From: Phoronis australis
Lineage: Eukaryota; Animalia; Phoronida
Assembly: GCA_002633005.1 (NCBI GenBank)
Contig: NMRA01000305.1
Span: 93,401 to 157,400, forward strand
Reading direction: 5' to 3'
Length of the DNA stretch: 64,000 bases
In this document: piece after piece, positions 62,348 through 64,000 of the stretch
Numbering within the stretch: position 1 is the stretch's first letter
Layout of the letters: every line of letters begins with the position of its first letter
Program-made: the position numbers and the translations under genes
Notes under the pieces: model-generated
What the model was told of the DNA's origin: nothing
The model's database searches: none
Seen by the model: the letters and a program-made list of their open reading frames with translations, nothing else

Positions 62348-63393
62348 GTTGCTTAGATGGAAACAATGAAGTTTTCAAAGTGTTTCCAGGGTATGTTTTC
62401 AAAACATATGGAGGTATTTTGATCTTTAAATCAAATTATGATTGTAAATTGCAGTCTCTTGCAAATATTGATACCATCTATCTTGACATCTTGATTGCTT
62501 GGTAAGAAATTAGTGTTCATTTACATCAGGACATAACAATTGTAAACCAAGTAGTGTGGAATAACAAAAACATAGTGATTAATGGGAGATCTGTATTCTT
62601 TGATAGTTTCTTTGAGGCTGGTATTATTTTTGTGAAGGATCTTTTAAATTTTGAAAATAAATTTCTGACATGGGAGGTTTTGAAAAATAGATATAAGCTT
62701 TCAAATTGGATTCATTATGCTGCTTTGAGACGTGCGATTAAGTTGAAAGCTAATCCTTTGATTTCAAAATGCATACATCTCCAGTCAAGCCAAAGTACTA
62801 AATGTGTTTTCTAGAAATATTTTGCTTTCCAAAATTGTTTCGCCTCCTGATATAGAGTACAGCCTAACTGATATTTACTCTAGACAACGAATTAAACAAA
62901 TTTATGTTCTTCCACACAAACTCTTGTTACCTCCTTATGTTAAAACTTTTAAATATTTCTATATTGAATTTCATAGAAAGGTGTTTACAAAACTTAATTT
63001 GAAAAAGATGAACTTAGTAAGTGATGACAAGTGTGCATCTTGTGGAACTGATGAGGCATTTAACCATATGTTTGCAGAAAGTGGTTCTGTGAAATTCAGA
63101 AACTTTCAATTTACGTAGCTGCACAACACGATTTAATCTTAGATAAAAATTTTATTTTGACAGCATATTTTGGATGTAATTTTGAAGATATCAATACCAT
63201 ATTAACTATTTGCCAGTATTTCATTCATAAATCTTCTAGAGACCAGATTATTCCTAGATATTCACAATTTCAATGTTTCTTGTATAATTATTGTAAAGTA
63301 AGAAATATACAAACCCGTAAAACTGCCTTTTGAAAAACCCTCAATACCTATTTAGATTAGATCAACCATGAAGTTCTATTATTTAAATATGTG

Positions 63394-63396
<3 letters not shown>

Positions 63397-63433
<37 letters not shown>
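63397..63433. repeat. (TG)n microsatellite at the LINE 3' end
   Basis: About 18 TG units. Confidence 0.95.
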
Positions 63434-63434
<1 letters not shown>

Positions 63435-63470
63435 ACCTAAAAAAACAATATTAAATAAAGAAAACTATAA

Positions 63471-64000
63471 GGGCTGTTCCAGCAAAATCTGTGTGGGAGG
63501 GGGGAAGGCAACTGAAATAAAAATTTATGGGTGGTTGCGTTTGATTTAAATTCGAAATGGCTGGTGGTCGTACTTAAAAAAAATAAAAACTTACAGGTCG
63601 TTGTTGTTTCACTGGGCCATAAATGTTTGATGGTGGGTAATTTTAGTAAAGTTTATAAACAATCCGCACAGAATCAAAAACTGAAACAAAAATGCAACTT
63701 GCAAAAAGCTCCCGACTTTTTCACTCCCTCCGATCTTCTCATCGGCATGCCCATAACACCATTTAATCACAGGTGCTCGAATTTCTCGATGGCTAATAAC
63801 CATATATAAGAAACATGTTTTCTTAGTAATGAATGACGTTAGTGGTGATGGAGGAACAGTTAAACTCAAGCGCCTGTGCAGTCAACCATAAGAACAAAAA
63901 AAAATTACGGGTGGTTGCATTTCAAACTTATAAAAAATTACGGGTGGTAGGCTGAAGAAATAAATGAAAATTATGGGTGGTGGGTGCGAAAAAAAGGTGC
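63471..64000. mobile_element. Second copy of the Harbinger-type MITE (runs off the window)
   Basis: TAA|GGGCTGTTCC start; highly similar to 5143-5694 along its length. Confidence 0.88.

Larger units (their letters stand above)
59700..63465 (+). mobile_element. Decayed non-LTR retrotransposon ORF2, L1/Tx1 group (APE endonuclease, RT, C-terminal Cys/His region)
   Basis: Frameshifted motifs in order: AGDFNCPL, SRIDYWLVS, RGPGLWKINNS, KSPGNDGLTHEFY, NWRPILSLNTDYKIL, GVRQGDSLSGPLF, YPDD, WNNKNIVING, CASCGTDEAFNHMF; ends in (TG)n and an AATAAA/A-rich tail. May begin as far up as 59418 (KISTWN). Confidence 0.93.

Overview
AT-rich, intron-containing animal genomic DNA. An invertebrate deuterostome such as a hemichordate or echinoderm is my best inference; the species cannot be read from the sequence. 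I reconstructed by hand, with phase-checked splice sites: (1) NEDD1/GCP-WD on the minus strand (10 coding exons, 15425->663, ~542 aa), whose first coding intron carries U12-like signals; (2) head-to-head with it, an MBD4/MeCP2-type gene on the plus strand (8 exons, 17500->30075, ~602 aa) with a MeCP2-like MBD, a basic linker bearing MeCP2-like KLIVKMRF and IKKRK motifs, and an MBD4 glycosylase domain; (3) an unrecognised S/P/R-rich ~725-aa gene on the minus strand (43636->39300); (4) possible last exons of a further minus-strand gene at 57-59 kb; (5) a decayed L1/Tx1-type LINE at ~59.7-63.5 kb. The rest is MITEs and other DNA-transposon remnants, SINE fragments, mini/microsatellites, a Penelope-type hammerhead remnant and a 983-nt assembly gap. 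Best leads: a possible glycosylase-less 'proto-MeCP2' isoform, the putative minor intron in NEDD1, a covarying three-stem motif in the MBD4 3' UTR, and the hammerhead core. All gene models are manual and not verified against transcripts.
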